A DNA stretch of 64,000 nucleotides, from positions 193,093-257,092 of the forward strand of contig CAVZLS010000023.1 of NCBI GenBank assembly GCA_963776115.1, given 5' to 3'. The notes under the pieces are model-generated. The model made no database searches. It was given only the letters and a program-made list of their open reading frames with translations, and was not told where the DNA came from. A program made the position numbers and the translations under genes. Within the stretch, counting starts at the first letter, position 1, and the number at the start of each line of letters is the position of its first letter. Of this stretch, positions 29,848-41,009 are shown in pieces. Origin of the DNA: an uncultured Alphaproteobacteria bacterium (lineage in GTDB: Bacteria > Pseudomonadota > Alphaproteobacteria > Rhizobiales > Rhizobiaceae).

Positions 29848-30673
29848 CATCAAAGTCGGTCGAAACACTCAACGCTCGCCATTTCCGGTCGGCCTCGATC
29901 TTGGCGAGATCGTTCCTTTCGACCGCGTTCGCCGCGTCGCTGCCCAGCAACAGGCGTAACGGTGGTTCGTCAAGGCTCGTGATGTGCAATACCGCATCCG
30001 CTGCTTTGACAGGATCTCCCGGTTGTTTTCCGTTGTAGTTGCGCTGGAAACGGGCCACTTCGCCCACCGTTGCATCATATTCGGGACGTCCATTCTGGAT
30101 CGTGGTCGAAGCGCCGGCAAAGTCAGTACGAAAACCACCCGGCTCGACGATCGTCACCTTGATGCCCAGTGGACCAACCTCCTTGGCAAGCACTTCCGAG
30201 AAACCCTCGACGCCCCACTTTGCGGCAGAATAGGGCGCGCGGCCCAGCGCTCCAATTCGGCCGCCGACCGAAGAAAACTGGACGATGTGGCCAGATTTCT
30301 GCTCACGCATCACCGGGATTGCAGCCTTGGTGACATTGATGACGCCAAACAGATTGGTCTCGATCTGCGCCCGGAATTCCTCAAGGCTGGTGTCTTCAAT
30401 GGCGTTGACATTGCCATAGCCCGCATTGTTGACAAGGACATCGAGGCGCCCAAACGTATCGACTGCGTTTTTTATCGCCGCGTCTGCCGCTGCCGGGTCT
30501 GTCACGTCGAGTTCAAATAGGCGGACCTGGTCGCCATAGTGTTCTGCCAGATCGGAGAGCTGGGAAGGATTGCGTGCCGTAGCGACGAGTTTGTGGCCGG
30601 CCCGGAGTACCGCTTCTGCCAATAACCTGCCAAGGCCGCGAGAGCTGCCCGTAATCAACCATACCTGTACCAT
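29834..30673 (-). CDS. short-chain dehydrogenase/reductase
   Basis: TGSSRGLG, NNAG, YSAAK, EPGGFRT. Confidence 0.92.
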   Translation of the reverse strand: MVQVWLITGSSRGLGRLLAEAVLRAGHKLVATARNPSQLSDLAEHYGDQVRLFELDVTDPAAADAAIKNAVDTFGRLDVLVNNAGYGNVNAIEDTSLEEFRAQIETNLFGVINVTKAAIPVMREQKSGHIVQFSSVGGRIGALGRAPYSAAKWGVEGFSEVLAKEVGPLGIKVTIVEPGGFRTDFAGASTTIQNGRPEYDATVGEVARFQRNYNGKQPGDPVKAADAVLHITSLDEPPLRLLLGSDAANAVERNDLAKIEADRKWRALSVSTDFDASAL

Positions 30674-30779
30674 GGATGTCTCCTTGATCTATTGGCAAGC
30701 GATATAGGATCAATAGTATCATCTTGAAAGAAGGCACCCGTTGGAACTATACATACCTGTTGGTAACTGAGGAACTGAA

Positions 30780-31175
30780 ATGGTCCATCAACCCTCACAG
30801 AAAGCCATCGACTTTTGCGCCACCATGACCGATGAACAGGACGAGTTTGCGCGCGAAATGCTTGAGCGGGTCTCGGCCAAGTGGCCGCTGCGCACATTGC
30901 AGATATTGCAAGCCGCAGGCGGGCCTTTGCGGTTTTCCCGTGTGCTCGAGCGGGTAGGCGGCATCAGCCAGAAGGTATTGACACAGACCTTGCGCATGCT
31001 GGAACGGGACGGGCTGATCACCCGAACGCTTTATCCCCAGGTGCCGCCGCGCGTGGAATACGAACTCACGCCACTCGGATACGAGTTTCTTTTGCAGACG
31101 GTTCCACTCTGGCACTGGATTATCGAGCACCTTCCGGCATTCACCGCTGCGCGCGATGAAGCCGCCAAGCGGTAG
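30780..31175 (+). CDS. HxlR family transcriptional regulator
   Basis: KW..ISQKVLTQTLRMLERDGL..PPRVEYELT; divergent from the SDR. Confidence 0.92.
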   Translation: MVHQPSQKAIDFCATMTDEQDEFAREMLERVSAKWPLRTLQILQAAGGPLRFSRVLERVGGISQKVLTQTLRMLERDGLITRTLYPQVPPRVEYELTPLGYEFLLQTVPLWHWIIEHLPAFTAARDEAAKR

Positions 31176-31257
31176 AGGCTGCGTCAGGGAATACAATTGA
31201 CTTGCCCGCCAAAATCCCTATGTGAGCGGTAACTTTCCTGCTTTGGGGCGAATTTTT

Positions 31258-31578
31258 ATGGCAAAGATCACTTTTGTCACTCATGACGGCGCGCGTATTG
31301 AAACGAACGCGGAAAACGGTTCGACCGTGATGGAAAATGCCATCCGCAATGCGGTGCCGGGCATCGATGCGGAGTGCGGCGGCGCCTGCGCCTGCGCCAC
31401 ATGCCATGTCTATGTGGATGAAGAGTGGACCTCCACGACCGGCGAGCCCGAAGCGATGGAAGAGGACATGCTGGATTTCGCCTATGATGTACGGCCGAAC
31501 TCGCGTCTGTCCTGTCAGATCCGTGTTTCCGACGAACTGGATGGTCTCGTCGTGCAAGTTCCGGAACGTCAGGCTTAA
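31258..31578 (+). CDS. 2Fe-2S ferredoxin (adrenodoxin type)
   Basis: [11 protein letters not shown] and SRLSCQI. Confidence 0.95.
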   Translation: MAKITFVTHDGARIETNAENGSTVMENAIRNAVPGIDAECGGACACATCHVYVDEEWTSTTGEPEAMEEDMLDFAYDVRPNSRLSCQIRVSDELDGLVVQVPERQA

Positions 31579-31663
31579 AGCCTGCTGATATTTTCTCATC
31601 GACCGATTAGAATACGTCCGTTGGCGGGCCGATTTGGCAGGCAAGGGGAACGCATTCTCTTGA

Positions 31664-32794
<1,131 letters not shown>

Positions 32795-32800
32795 CGCCGA

Positions 32801-33418
32801 TCAAGGGCTTTTTGCGAATTCGCGCTGGAGCCGGAAAACAAGAAGCCGTTCAAAGCGACTGTCAAAGTTAACGGCTTCGACGCGGTCGAACTGGATTTGC
32901 GCAAGATCATGCTTGCGCATCAATTTTGTAGTCAGCCCATCGATGTCAGCCTTCATGGCGGTGCAATCGCTGCGCCATGGCAGCGCCTTGATCGCCCTTT
33001 CCATATCGCCTGCAGCTGTGCGCGCGATGACGATGTGGCTCTCCTCGTGCCGTTTTATGTCCGCTGACAGCGTATCCCAGATCAGGGCGAGGTCCGGTTT
33101 CGCCGTACGGCGCTGTATCCAGCGGGGCAGGAAGACCTGGGCATGAACGACGACGTTGGCGTCAACAACACGGCAGTTCTTGCCATCGGAACCGTATTTT
33201 ATCCTGTTGGTGAAGCGCATCTTCGTCATGCCGGGATGACGCTGGCCCGTCTTTAGCAAAATGGGCCCCCGGCGGTACAATTCACGATCGAGATCGGCTG
33301 CCGTACGGCCATTCAGCGAGAAATATTCATATTTTCGCAGGACCGTCGCCGCATTGGCGGCGGGTATGGACATCAATAGCGCGATACCAAGGGAGGCAGC
33401 TTTGGCAAAAATATGCAT
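32801..33418 (-). CDS. DUF922 family secreted Zn-dependent protease
   Basis: Signal peptide (ANA); IKRHEESH zinc motif; Q.FDRVE. Confidence 0.8.
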   Translation of the reverse strand: MHIFAKAASLGIALLMSIPAANAATVLRKYEYFSLNGRTAADLDRELYRRGPILLKTGQRHPGMTKMRFTNRIKYGSDGKNCRVVDANVVVHAQVFLPRWIQRRTAKPDLALIWDTLSADIKRHEESHIVIARTAAGDMERAIKALPWRSDCTAMKADIDGLTTKLMRKHDLAQIQFDRVEAVNFDSRFERLLVFRLQREFAKSP

Positions 33419-33549
33419 TTGGTATTTTCCTTTTCGGCCAAGTCTGCCCGATCCTGACAGTATCGTCAAAAACATTGCGGATGAATTGACGTTCCCCACG
33501 TTCTGATCAAAAACAGGATAGGGATTTCTGAAGTTCAAGGAGCGCGCCA

Positions 33550-34389
33550 ATGCAAAGAGAATGGAAACTGGCACATGGCCGGTCTCTGACGTTGGGTGAC
33601 CGCGCACTGATCATGGGCGTGCTTAACGTCACTCCGGACTCCTTTTCCGATGGCGGTGTGCATTATTCTCTGGATCAGGCTCTGGAGGGCGCGCGGGAGA
33701 TGATCGCCGAGGGCGCATCGATCATCGATGTGGGCGGCGAATCGACCCGGCCCGGCGCCACACGTGTCGAACCGGCCGTCGAGCAATCGCGTATACTGCC
33801 CGTGATCGAAGCGCTGGTAAAAGAAACGGATATAATCATCTCCGTCGATACCTATCGTGAAGAGACCGCCCGCCTTGCCGTCGCTGCCGGCGCTCATATC
33901 GTCAACGATGTCTGGGGTGTGCAGCGCGAGCCTGCCATTGCCGATCTCGCAGTGGAAACCGGGGCAGGGCTTGTCATCATGCATACGGGCCGCGAGCGGG
34001 AACGCGACCCCGATGTCATTGTCGACCAGTTTGCCTTTCTCAACCGTTCCCTGGAAATTGCCAAGGTAGCCGGTGTTTCGCGCGATCAGATCGTACTTGA
34101 TCCAGGTTTCGGCTTTGCCAAGGACACGGCGGAAAACATCGCCCTGATGGACCGTTTTGTGGAACTCGAGGCGTTCGGCTATCCATTTCTTGTCGGTACC
34201 TCGCGCAAGCGTTTCCTGCGTGCCACTTCGGGCGGTGAGCAACAGGAATGGGATATCGCCACCGCCGCTTCTTCAGCGATATTGCGCATTGCCGGTGCAG
34301 ATATTTTCCGGGTGCACAATGTCGCGATGAGCCAAAGCGCGCTGGCGCTGGCGGATGCGGTATTGCAATCGCGCAGATCGAGGCAATGA
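33550..34389 (+). CDS. folP: dihydropteroate synthase
   Basis: NVTPDSFSDGG, GGESTRPG, DPGFGF, SRKRF, RVHNV. Confidence 0.96.
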   Translation: MQREWKLAHGRSLTLGDRALIMGVLNVTPDSFSDGGVHYSLDQALEGAREMIAEGASIIDVGGESTRPGATRVEPAVEQSRILPVIEALVKETDIIISVDTYREETARLAVAAGAHIVNDVWGVQREPAIADLAVETGAGLVIMHTGRERERDPDVIVDQFAFLNRSLEIAKVAGVSRDQIVLDPGFGFAKDTAENIALMDRFVELEAFGYPFLVGTSRKRFLRATSGGEQQEWDIATAASSAILRIAGADIFRVHNVAMSQSALALADAVLQSRRSRQ

Positions 34390-34898
34390 CCGCCTTGAAG
34401 CACAAGGCGTGGCTCGGGCTTGGCGGCAATATCGGCGACCCGGTGACTTCGATGGCCAAGGCATTGCGTGCGTTGAACGAGCGCAGTGAAACGCGTGTTC
34501 TCGGCGTGTCTCCGGTCTACAAGACGCCGCCATGGGGCAAGACCGATCAGGCATGGTTTCACAATGCCTGCGCCGAAGTCGAGACTTCGCTCGATCCGGA
34601 AGCGCTACTCGCCGCTTGCCTCGATGTGGAAATGCGCTTGAAACGCCAGCGGCTCGAACGTTGGGGACCGCGGATCATCGATATCGATGTGCTGGCTTAT
34701 GAAGGTCTGGAGGAATTCGAAAGTCCGACGCTCATCCTGCCGCATCCGCGCATGACCGAGCGCGCCTTCGTGATGGTACCGCTCGCCGATATCGCGCCGG
34801 ATTTGGTGATCAGCGGCAGGACGGCCGCACAATGGGCTGAACTTTGCGATAGAACCGGCGTGGAAACCGCCCGCGATGATGCGGACTGGTGGAAATGA
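34386..34898 (+). CDS. folK: HPPK (6-hydroxymethyl-dihydropterin pyrophosphokinase)
   Basis: LGLGGNIG, RWGPRIIDIDVL, LPHPRMTERAFV; ATGA overlap with folP. Confidence 0.95.
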   Translation: MTALKHKAWLGLGGNIGDPVTSMAKALRALNERSETRVLGVSPVYKTPPWGKTDQAWFHNACAEVETSLDPEALLAACLDVEMRLKRQRLERWGPRIIDIDVLAYEGLEEFESPTLILPHPRMTERAFVMVPLADIAPDLVISGRTAAQWAELCDRTGVETARDDADWWK

Positions 34899-34934
34899 AC
34901 AATTCGCGCACACCGGCCAGGCCGTCAAAGATTG

Positions 34935-35471
34935 TTAATTCTTGGCGATGCTGCCCACGGCCCTTGAGTCAACACGCTTCAACGTCATACCTACGACCGG
35001 GATCAGGGCCTCGTCCAGCCGCACCGAAATCGTGACGTTCATCGTGTTGTTATCGTTGAATTTGGCGAGCATGGCGCCGTTCAATTGTTTGCGGCTGATG
35101 GCGAGCACAACACGGTTGCCGGAGACATTGCCGCCGGTGATGTCGAGACCCTTCCCGGCCGAACCATCGAGAAAGCTGCCCTTGTAGCTATTGCCAGCGC
35201 GAACGATCGTTGCCTTCATCGGCTGGTTGAAAATGCCGACGCGGCAGCTGCCGTCCAGTGTCATGCCGGCTTTTTCCGCGGGCGTGGTCCCATCGAGCGT
35301 GCAGACGAATTTGGTGCCCTTGTATTTGCCGGCAACGATCTCGCCGGGACCGACCCATTGACCTTCTACGGTCTGGAAGAATTCGGCATCCTTGTCCTTG
35401 GCTTGTGCCGGCAACGCCAGAAACGCGCAGGCAAACAGGGACAGGGTAGCGGCTGCTGCGCTTCTTTTCAT
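34935..35471 (-). CDS. exported hypothetical protein (beta-rich)
   Basis: Signal peptide ending AQA; GQWVGPG motif; two Cys; host-like codon usage. Confidence 0.75.
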   Translation of the reverse strand: MKRSAAAATLSLFACAFLALPAQAKDKDAEFFQTVEGQWVGPGEIVAGKYKGTKFVCTLDGTTPAEKAGMTLDGSCRVGIFNQPMKATIVRAGNSYKGSFLDGSAGKGLDITGGNVSGNRVVLAISRKQLNGAMLAKFNDNNTMNVTISVRLDEALIPVVGMTLKRVDSRAVGSIAKN

Positions 35472-35526
35472 CGACAAGACTCAACACAAATCATTGGAAT
35501 GGGCACTTAGGCGATCATCGTTTGGA

Positions 35527-35545
35527 ATGGTTAATGGATGGTTGC
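35527..35545 (-). promoter_or_regulatory. CtrA-like site
   Basis: Minus strand GCAA-N7-TTAACCAT upstream of the exported hypothetical gene. Confidence 0.5.
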
Positions 35546-35590
35546 CATTCTCAGTTAAATTGCAACCCCGGGAAAAGAGGAACCTCGGCG

Positions 35591-36667
35591 CTATGGCTTT
35601 TTTGCACCACCAATACGCGCCAGATCGCCAATGAAATCGCCGATATTCGGGCGCCTTTCCGCATTGAACGGGAAGGGCCGTACAAGGTCCATGGCCGAGA
35701 TGCCGATGCGCGCAGTCATCAGTCCATTGATGACGCCTTCGCCGAGCCGCGCGGAAAGCCGTGCTGCCAGACCGTGGCCAACCAGCTGCTGGATGATGCT
35801 GTCGCCCATCGCCACCGTGCCGGTGACGGCGAGATGCGCAATGACATTGCGCGTGAGCTTGAGGAAGCCAAGAGTGCCCGGTCTGCCGCCGTAAAGCTCC
35901 GAGAGCCGCCGGATCAGACGCGCTGACTCGAAAACCACATAACCGATGTCGACCAGCGCGCGCGGACTGACTGCGGTGACGATCGAGACGCGTTTTGAGG
36001 CGGCAAGGATCATCTCCCGCGCCTGCCGGTCGAGGGGACGGAGCAGTTCGGTTTCAGTGAGCCGGATCAGGTCGCGACCGTCGATCACGTCATCGCGCAG
36101 ATCGTGCAGCAGTGCACGGCCCTTCGCCGTAGCGGGGAGGGTTTCGGCAATGGAGACAAGCTTGCCGACAGCCGCTTTCGCCGCTCGAGCATCATTATCC
36201 GCCGCAGCCTTGGCAGCTTCGTCGCGCAAGTGCTGCACCGAGGCGAGGCGGCGTAAGGCCAGCCCTTCGCGCAGGACAATGGCAATCAGCGCGAAGGCTG
36301 CGACGACACTGACGCCAAGCGCCACCCAACCCAGCCACGGCGCACGCTCGAACAGCGTACGAATGAGATTGTCGGCCCACAGACCCAGCGCCAGCGATAC
36401 CAGCACTCCGAGCGCACCTGTGAGCAGGGAGGCGAAAGAAAAACGCTTTTTCTGTGCGAGTGCAGGCGGCGGGGTGAGCGCATCGAGTTCGTTCGCAGTC
36501 TCCGGATCGAGGTCGAAGACATCGACGGCTGCCGGTGTGATAATCGCGACATCCTTGATCGCGGTCGGCTTGCGCTGTTGCGGAGCGCGCGCCTTCTGCG
36601 GATCAGCGGTTTGCTCTGGCTGGTCGAGCCGAAAGGAAGCAGGTTTGCGGGCGTTGTTATCCGTCAT
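35591..36667 (-). CDS. ycjF: YcjF family membrane protein
   Basis: RVSIVTAVSPRA, LYGGRPG, LSARLGEGVING, RPFPF; overlaps the ycjX stop. Confidence 0.9.
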   Translation of the reverse strand: MTDNNARKPASFRLDQPEQTADPQKARAPQQRKPTAIKDVAIITPAAVDVFDLDPETANELDALTPPPALAQKKRFSFASLLTGALGVLVSLALGLWADNLIRTLFERAPWLGWVALGVSVVAAFALIAIVLREGLALRRLASVQHLRDEAAKAAADNDARAAKAAVGKLVSIAETLPATAKGRALLHDLRDDVIDGRDLIRLTETELLRPLDRQAREMILAASKRVSIVTAVSPRALVDIGYVVFESARLIRRLSELYGGRPGTLGFLKLTRNVIAHLAVTGTVAMGDSIIQQLVGHGLAARLSARLGEGVINGLMTARIGISAMDLVRPFPFNAERRPNIGDFIGDLARIGGAKKP

Positions 36668-38128
36668 GCGAGGCGATCTCCTATGAGGAATTGTAGCGCG
36701 CGATCGAGCCTTATATGCGGCAGCGACAGGGTGAGGCCTTCCGCGGTCTTTTCCAGCCGGGGCGGGCGGAAGCGAACGAAACGAATTGCCGGGTCTTCGG
36801 AAACCCTCTCCGGATGTTCAAAGATTGAGTCCGCTTTTGCCGGCAAGTCACCGGGAAATATGGCTGTTTCGGTTTTGCCGTCGAACGTCTCGCCGTTGAT
36901 GGTCTCGCCTTTCAGCGGCGTTCCGATGATGACCGGGAGCGTTTCCTTGCCCTGCGTCACCGTCGCTTCGCGCGTGGTGCGTACGGCTGCCATCGCCAGC
37001 ACATCGATGCTTGCACCAGAAAAATCGGCGCGGCTGACGGCGCGGTCGACCAGTCGCCGGACGATGGCCTGCAGCCGGTCGTGGCTCTCATGGTGCAAAT
37101 GATCGGCCTTGGTTGCGGCAACGAGAATGCGGCTGATGCGCCGCTGCACGAGGCCTGTCAGGAAATTGGTGCTGCCGGGGCGAAAGCAGGACAGGATTTC
37201 CGTCAGCGCTCGCTCCAGATCAGCCACAGCCGACGGCCCGGCATTCATTGCCTGCATGGCATCGACAAGGACGATCTGCCGGTCGAGCCGGGCAATGTGC
37301 TCGCGGAAAAAAGGCTTAACCACATGGGTCTTGTAGGCTTCGTAACGCCGCTCCATCATTGCCGCAAGCGAGCCAGGACGCGGCTTGCTGGAATCAAGGT
37401 TTGGCAGTGGAGCGAAGGTAAGCGCCGGCGAACCGTCAAGGTCTCCGGGCATCAGGAATCGGCCGGGCGGTAGCGTCGACAATGCGCGTTCGTCGGCCTT
37501 TCCCGCTTTCAGATATTCTGTGAAGCTCTTTGCCAGGCGCTGCGCCGTCATTTCATCTGCGTTCGCATCCGCCTCGGCGTCGTTCGACACCTTGAACCAG
37601 TCCGCTGCAAGATCGCGGTGGCTTTCGAGCTGGGCGAGCTCGAAACGAATCCCTGGAAAACTCCGCATAGGTTTTACCCAGTAGCGGGAGATCCAGCAGC
37701 CATTCACCGGGATAGTCGACGATATCGACCGAAAGCTTGCCGCCAGAGAACATACGGTTCCACATCGAAGCGGATTCATATTCGATCGTCAGACGCAGTT
37801 CGGAGATTGCCCGCGTCGAGTCGGGCCAGATGCGCTCGTCGATCAGCGCCTTCAGATGCTCCTCATATTGAAAGCGCGGGACTGCGTCGTCGGGCTGCTC
37901 TTCGAGATAGGCGCGGGCGATGCGTCCGGATTTCTGTGCTTCAAACAATGGCAGGCGGCCGCCATGGATCAGATTATGCACCAGCGCGGTGATAAAGACC
38001 GTCTTGCCGGCACGAGAAAGGCCGGTGACACCGAGCCTCAACGATGGGGACATCAGTCCGCTGGTGCGGTCGGCCAGCGTATCGAGCGCGATCTTCGCTT
38101 CGTCGGTAAGTGTCGTCAGTGTTCCCAA
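36664..38128 (-). CDS. ycjX: YcjX family GTP-binding protein; one +1 frameshift near 37644
   Basis: LGVTGLSRAGKT, DYPGEWLLDLPL; then PGRFLMPG, DRQIVLVD, ATKADH, PHIRLDRALQFL in the next frame. Confidence 0.9.
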
Positions 38129-38222
38129 TTCACCCGTCCTGTGGCCGCGTCGCAGTCTGATCTCAATCCCTTGGCTCAGCCCATTTGGGTGTCTGGTGTG
38201 TCAAAGGCAAGAAAATGATGAT

Positions 38223-38738
38223 CTACAAATGTGTTGAGGGAGAAAAGAAAGCCTGCAATGTCCCGGTTCCCGGGCGGATTTCTGCAAGCGGACTATCGAA
38301 CTGGATGACAGCCAAGGCGGCGGTCGGAAACCCGGTTACGAAGGTCGGATGGCTGGGAGGATTGCCACGGCCGGCGAGGGCGGTGGCCAGTTCCTCCATC
38401 ATCGGGTTATGACCGACCAGCATCACGGAGTTGGCTGCTTCGTGTTCGAGCCCGGCCATGCGGATCGCCATGAGATAGGCGTCGGGACCGGCCGAATAGA
38501 GCTTTTCGGAATCTTCCAGGATGAAAGGAGATTGGATATCAACGTATTCAAGGGTTTGTCGCGCCCTGATCGCGGGTGAACACAAAACGATCTCCGGTTT
38601 CATTCCGGAGCGCCTGAGTTCCTCCCCCAGGACCTTGGCGGCTTCGATGCCGTCCGTATCGAGCGTCCGGTCGAAGTCTTTCTGGCCGGGGGACGGCCAG
38701 ACTGCTTTTGCATGCCGCAGCAAATAAACCTGGCTCAT
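38223..38738 (-). CDS. sixA: SixA-like phosphohistidine phosphatase
   Basis: LLRHAKA, SPAIRARQT, VGHNP, FPTA. Confidence 0.88.
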   Translation of the reverse strand: MSQVYLLRHAKAVWPSPGQKDFDRTLDTDGIEAAKVLGEELRRSGMKPEIVLCSPAIRARQTLEYVDIQSPFILEDSEKLYSAGPDAYLMAIRMAGLEHEAANSVMLVGHNPMMEELATALAGRGNPPSHPTFVTGFPTAALAVIQFDSPLAEIRPGTGTLQAFFSPSTHL

Positions 38739-39119
38739 CCTGCAACTCCCTGATGATATTGTTCAACAGGTGCCATGCTTCCCCGAAAGACGCAAACTTT
38801 GGATAAAATCTCTGCGGCAAATGTGACAATTATCAAATAATTGTGCAAAACAGGCCTGTCGAATTTCTGGGCGGCATGCATTTTTGCAAGGCAGGCTACA
38901 ACCGGTAGTAGAGCCTTGGAGCTATAAAATGCCGAAATTTGCCCTCGTTTCTTCGTATTTTTGGTTAGAAAGTCGATGAATCCTGCCGTTTTTGCCGATA
39001 ATTTGGGCAAAAAATCATGATTTCTTTCTTTGATTTACATGTCTTTTTGTAGTTGTGCGCCAATCTGACACGACCTATATAGGCCTCCTCGCGTCTTACA
39101 GGTGCAGGGTGATTCAAAG

Positions 39120-39536
39120 ATGAATAAACTGATCGATCTTGACTACAAGCCCACGGATGACGAGCCCTTCATGAGTGATCGGCAGAAATCCTACTTTCGT
39201 GAAAAACTGATCAACTGGAAGAATGATATTCTGCGGGAGGCGCGTGAAACGCTTGAGATCCTGCAGCAGGAAAATGCCAATCTGCCGGATATCGCAGACC
39301 GTGCATCATCCGAAACGGACCGTGCCATTGAACTTCGGGCCCGTGACCGCCAGCGCAAGCTGATCTCCAAGATCGACGCCGCCTTACAACGCATCGACGA
39401 TGGGACCTACGGTTTTTGCGAGGAAACCGGCGATCCGATCAGCTTGAAGCGTCTTGACGCGCGTCCTATCGCAACCTTGTCTATCGAAGCTCAGGAACGT
39501 CACGAACGGCGCGAGAAAGTCTACCGCGACGACTGA
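39120..39536 (+). CDS. dksA: RNA polymerase-binding protein DksA
   Basis: DIADRAS, RDRQRKLISKI, YGFCEETG, ARPIATLSIEAQ (single-Cys alphaproteobacterial type). Confidence 0.96.
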   Translation: MNKLIDLDYKPTDDEPFMSDRQKSYFREKLINWKNDILREARETLEILQQENANLPDIADRASSETDRAIELRARDRQRKLISKIDAALQRIDDGTYGFCEETGDPISLKRLDARPIATLSIEAQERHERREKVYRDD

Positions 39537-39551
39537 GCTGCAATTCGAATT

Positions 39552-39581
39552 AAAAAAAGGCCCGGTTTTCCGGGCCTTTTT
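39552..39581. terminator. bidirectional Rho-independent terminator
   Basis: aaaaaaaggcccgg-tttt-ccgggccttttt. Confidence 0.88.
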
Positions 39582-39598
39582 ATTGTCCATTGTGGGTT

Positions 39599-40649
39599 TC
39601 AACGCTTCTCAGGTCGGGATAGATCTCCTAGACAGCCGTTCCATCTCGTCCTCGATGCTGTCCTGTTTTTCAGGCTTTGCTTCCTTGCCAGGCGCGATGT
39701 TGAGTTCGCTTCCGAGATCGGTCTCGAATGCGTCGCTGAAATCCATGTCGCCCAAGGTTATTTCAGATTCTTCCGTTTCCACGGACGCGTCGAATGTCGG
39801 TTCCTTGACGGCCGCCGCCGGTTCGTTGCGCACGGCGAAGGGGAAGGCAGCGGCAGTCGTCGTTCTGGTTTCGGATGCAGCCACCTCTCTGGCAGGTTCT
39901 GGCGTGTCGATCTTCGGCTCGGCGCGTGGCACGGTTCCAAAGGATGGCGAAGCGGTTCGCTGCCAGCCATTGTCCCGCGCCGGTGCACTGACAGCCGGTG
40001 GCTCGTTCGAAGCAGCGGATGCTACTTCCGGAGCCTTCGATACCGGTGGAACGGGTTGCATGGGCGGCGTGGGTGGCAAGGGGGCAGGCTGTTCGGCCTG
40101 TCTCGGTGGTTCAGGCGGCCGCCTTGGCGGCTCCGACTGCTGCGGCGGTGCCGGACGCAGCGGTATCTGCGGCGCTGGCGCTGTCTGAACAGGTGGGGGA
40201 GGCGTGTGAACTGGAGGGGCTGGAGATGCGATACGGGGCTGTGCGCGAGGTGGCGCTTCCGCGACTTTCGGCTCCGGCTTCGGTTCAGGAATTCTCGGTT
40301 CGGGCTCGGGCGTCGGTCCGGACGCTGGCGGTTCAACCCGCCCCTGCCGCGCGAACTGGCGAATGTTTTGCTCGATCACCAGGTCGCTGGGGCCACCGAT
40401 CAGGATCAGATGCTCGACGTCGTCGCGGCGCACGAGTACCAGCCGCCTGCGATTGTCGACAGCTGCCGCGTCAGTAACCGAGAGGCGGACCTGCCGGTTG
40501 CGCCCGCCGGCAACGAATGTTCCACCCGTCACCCGCCGCAATATGGCGAATACCAGTAGAAGCAGGGCGATGACCAGAATGAACAGAAGAATAAATCCCA
40601 CGATGGGGGCAGCGCTTTCGCCAACAATAGTGGCAAGCCAAGCGTTCAT
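39599..40649 (-). CDS. FliO-domain membrane protein with Pro-rich linker; +1 frameshift near 39631
   Basis: TM helix, RLSVTDAAAVDNRRRLVLVRRDDVEHL; removing one base restores the C-terminus EDEMERLLGDLSRPEKR*. Confidence 0.8.
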
Positions 40650-40955
40650 GATAAACTCTCCTTGTGCGTTCTTCGGGCCCAAAACTTGTTCCCCGACATG
40701 GGCTTCGAAGCATTACTTTATGCGACACTAGTGCGTGCAATAGTTAGCCGCAACCCTAACGCAGTTTCAGCCTATGTAGTACGGATTGTCTACGCGCGAT
40801 ATTGGATGTTCTAGATCGGAATTCGTGCGAAACCGTGGAATAATCGCGGTCATATGAAGGATGGGGTTTATACAGGGTCAAAGATATGATCCAAACGATT
40901 CGAGAATAAACATCGGCTTGATGCAATTGCGCCGGTGATGAAGAAAAGGGGCCTG

Positions 40956-41009
40956 AGACGTATGTCTCAAGAAACGAATAGCAGACGTATGTCTCAAGAA
41001 ACGAACAGC
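40956..41009 (+). repeat. 27-bp tandem duplication spanning the cckA start codon
   Basis: agacgtATGtctcaagaaacgaaTagc then agacgtATGtctcaagaaacgaaCagc, one mismatch. Confidence 0.92.

Noticed and set aside
38735-39010. 91-aa ORF between sixA and dksA
   Set aside because: AT-rich divergent promoter region, TTG start, atypical composition
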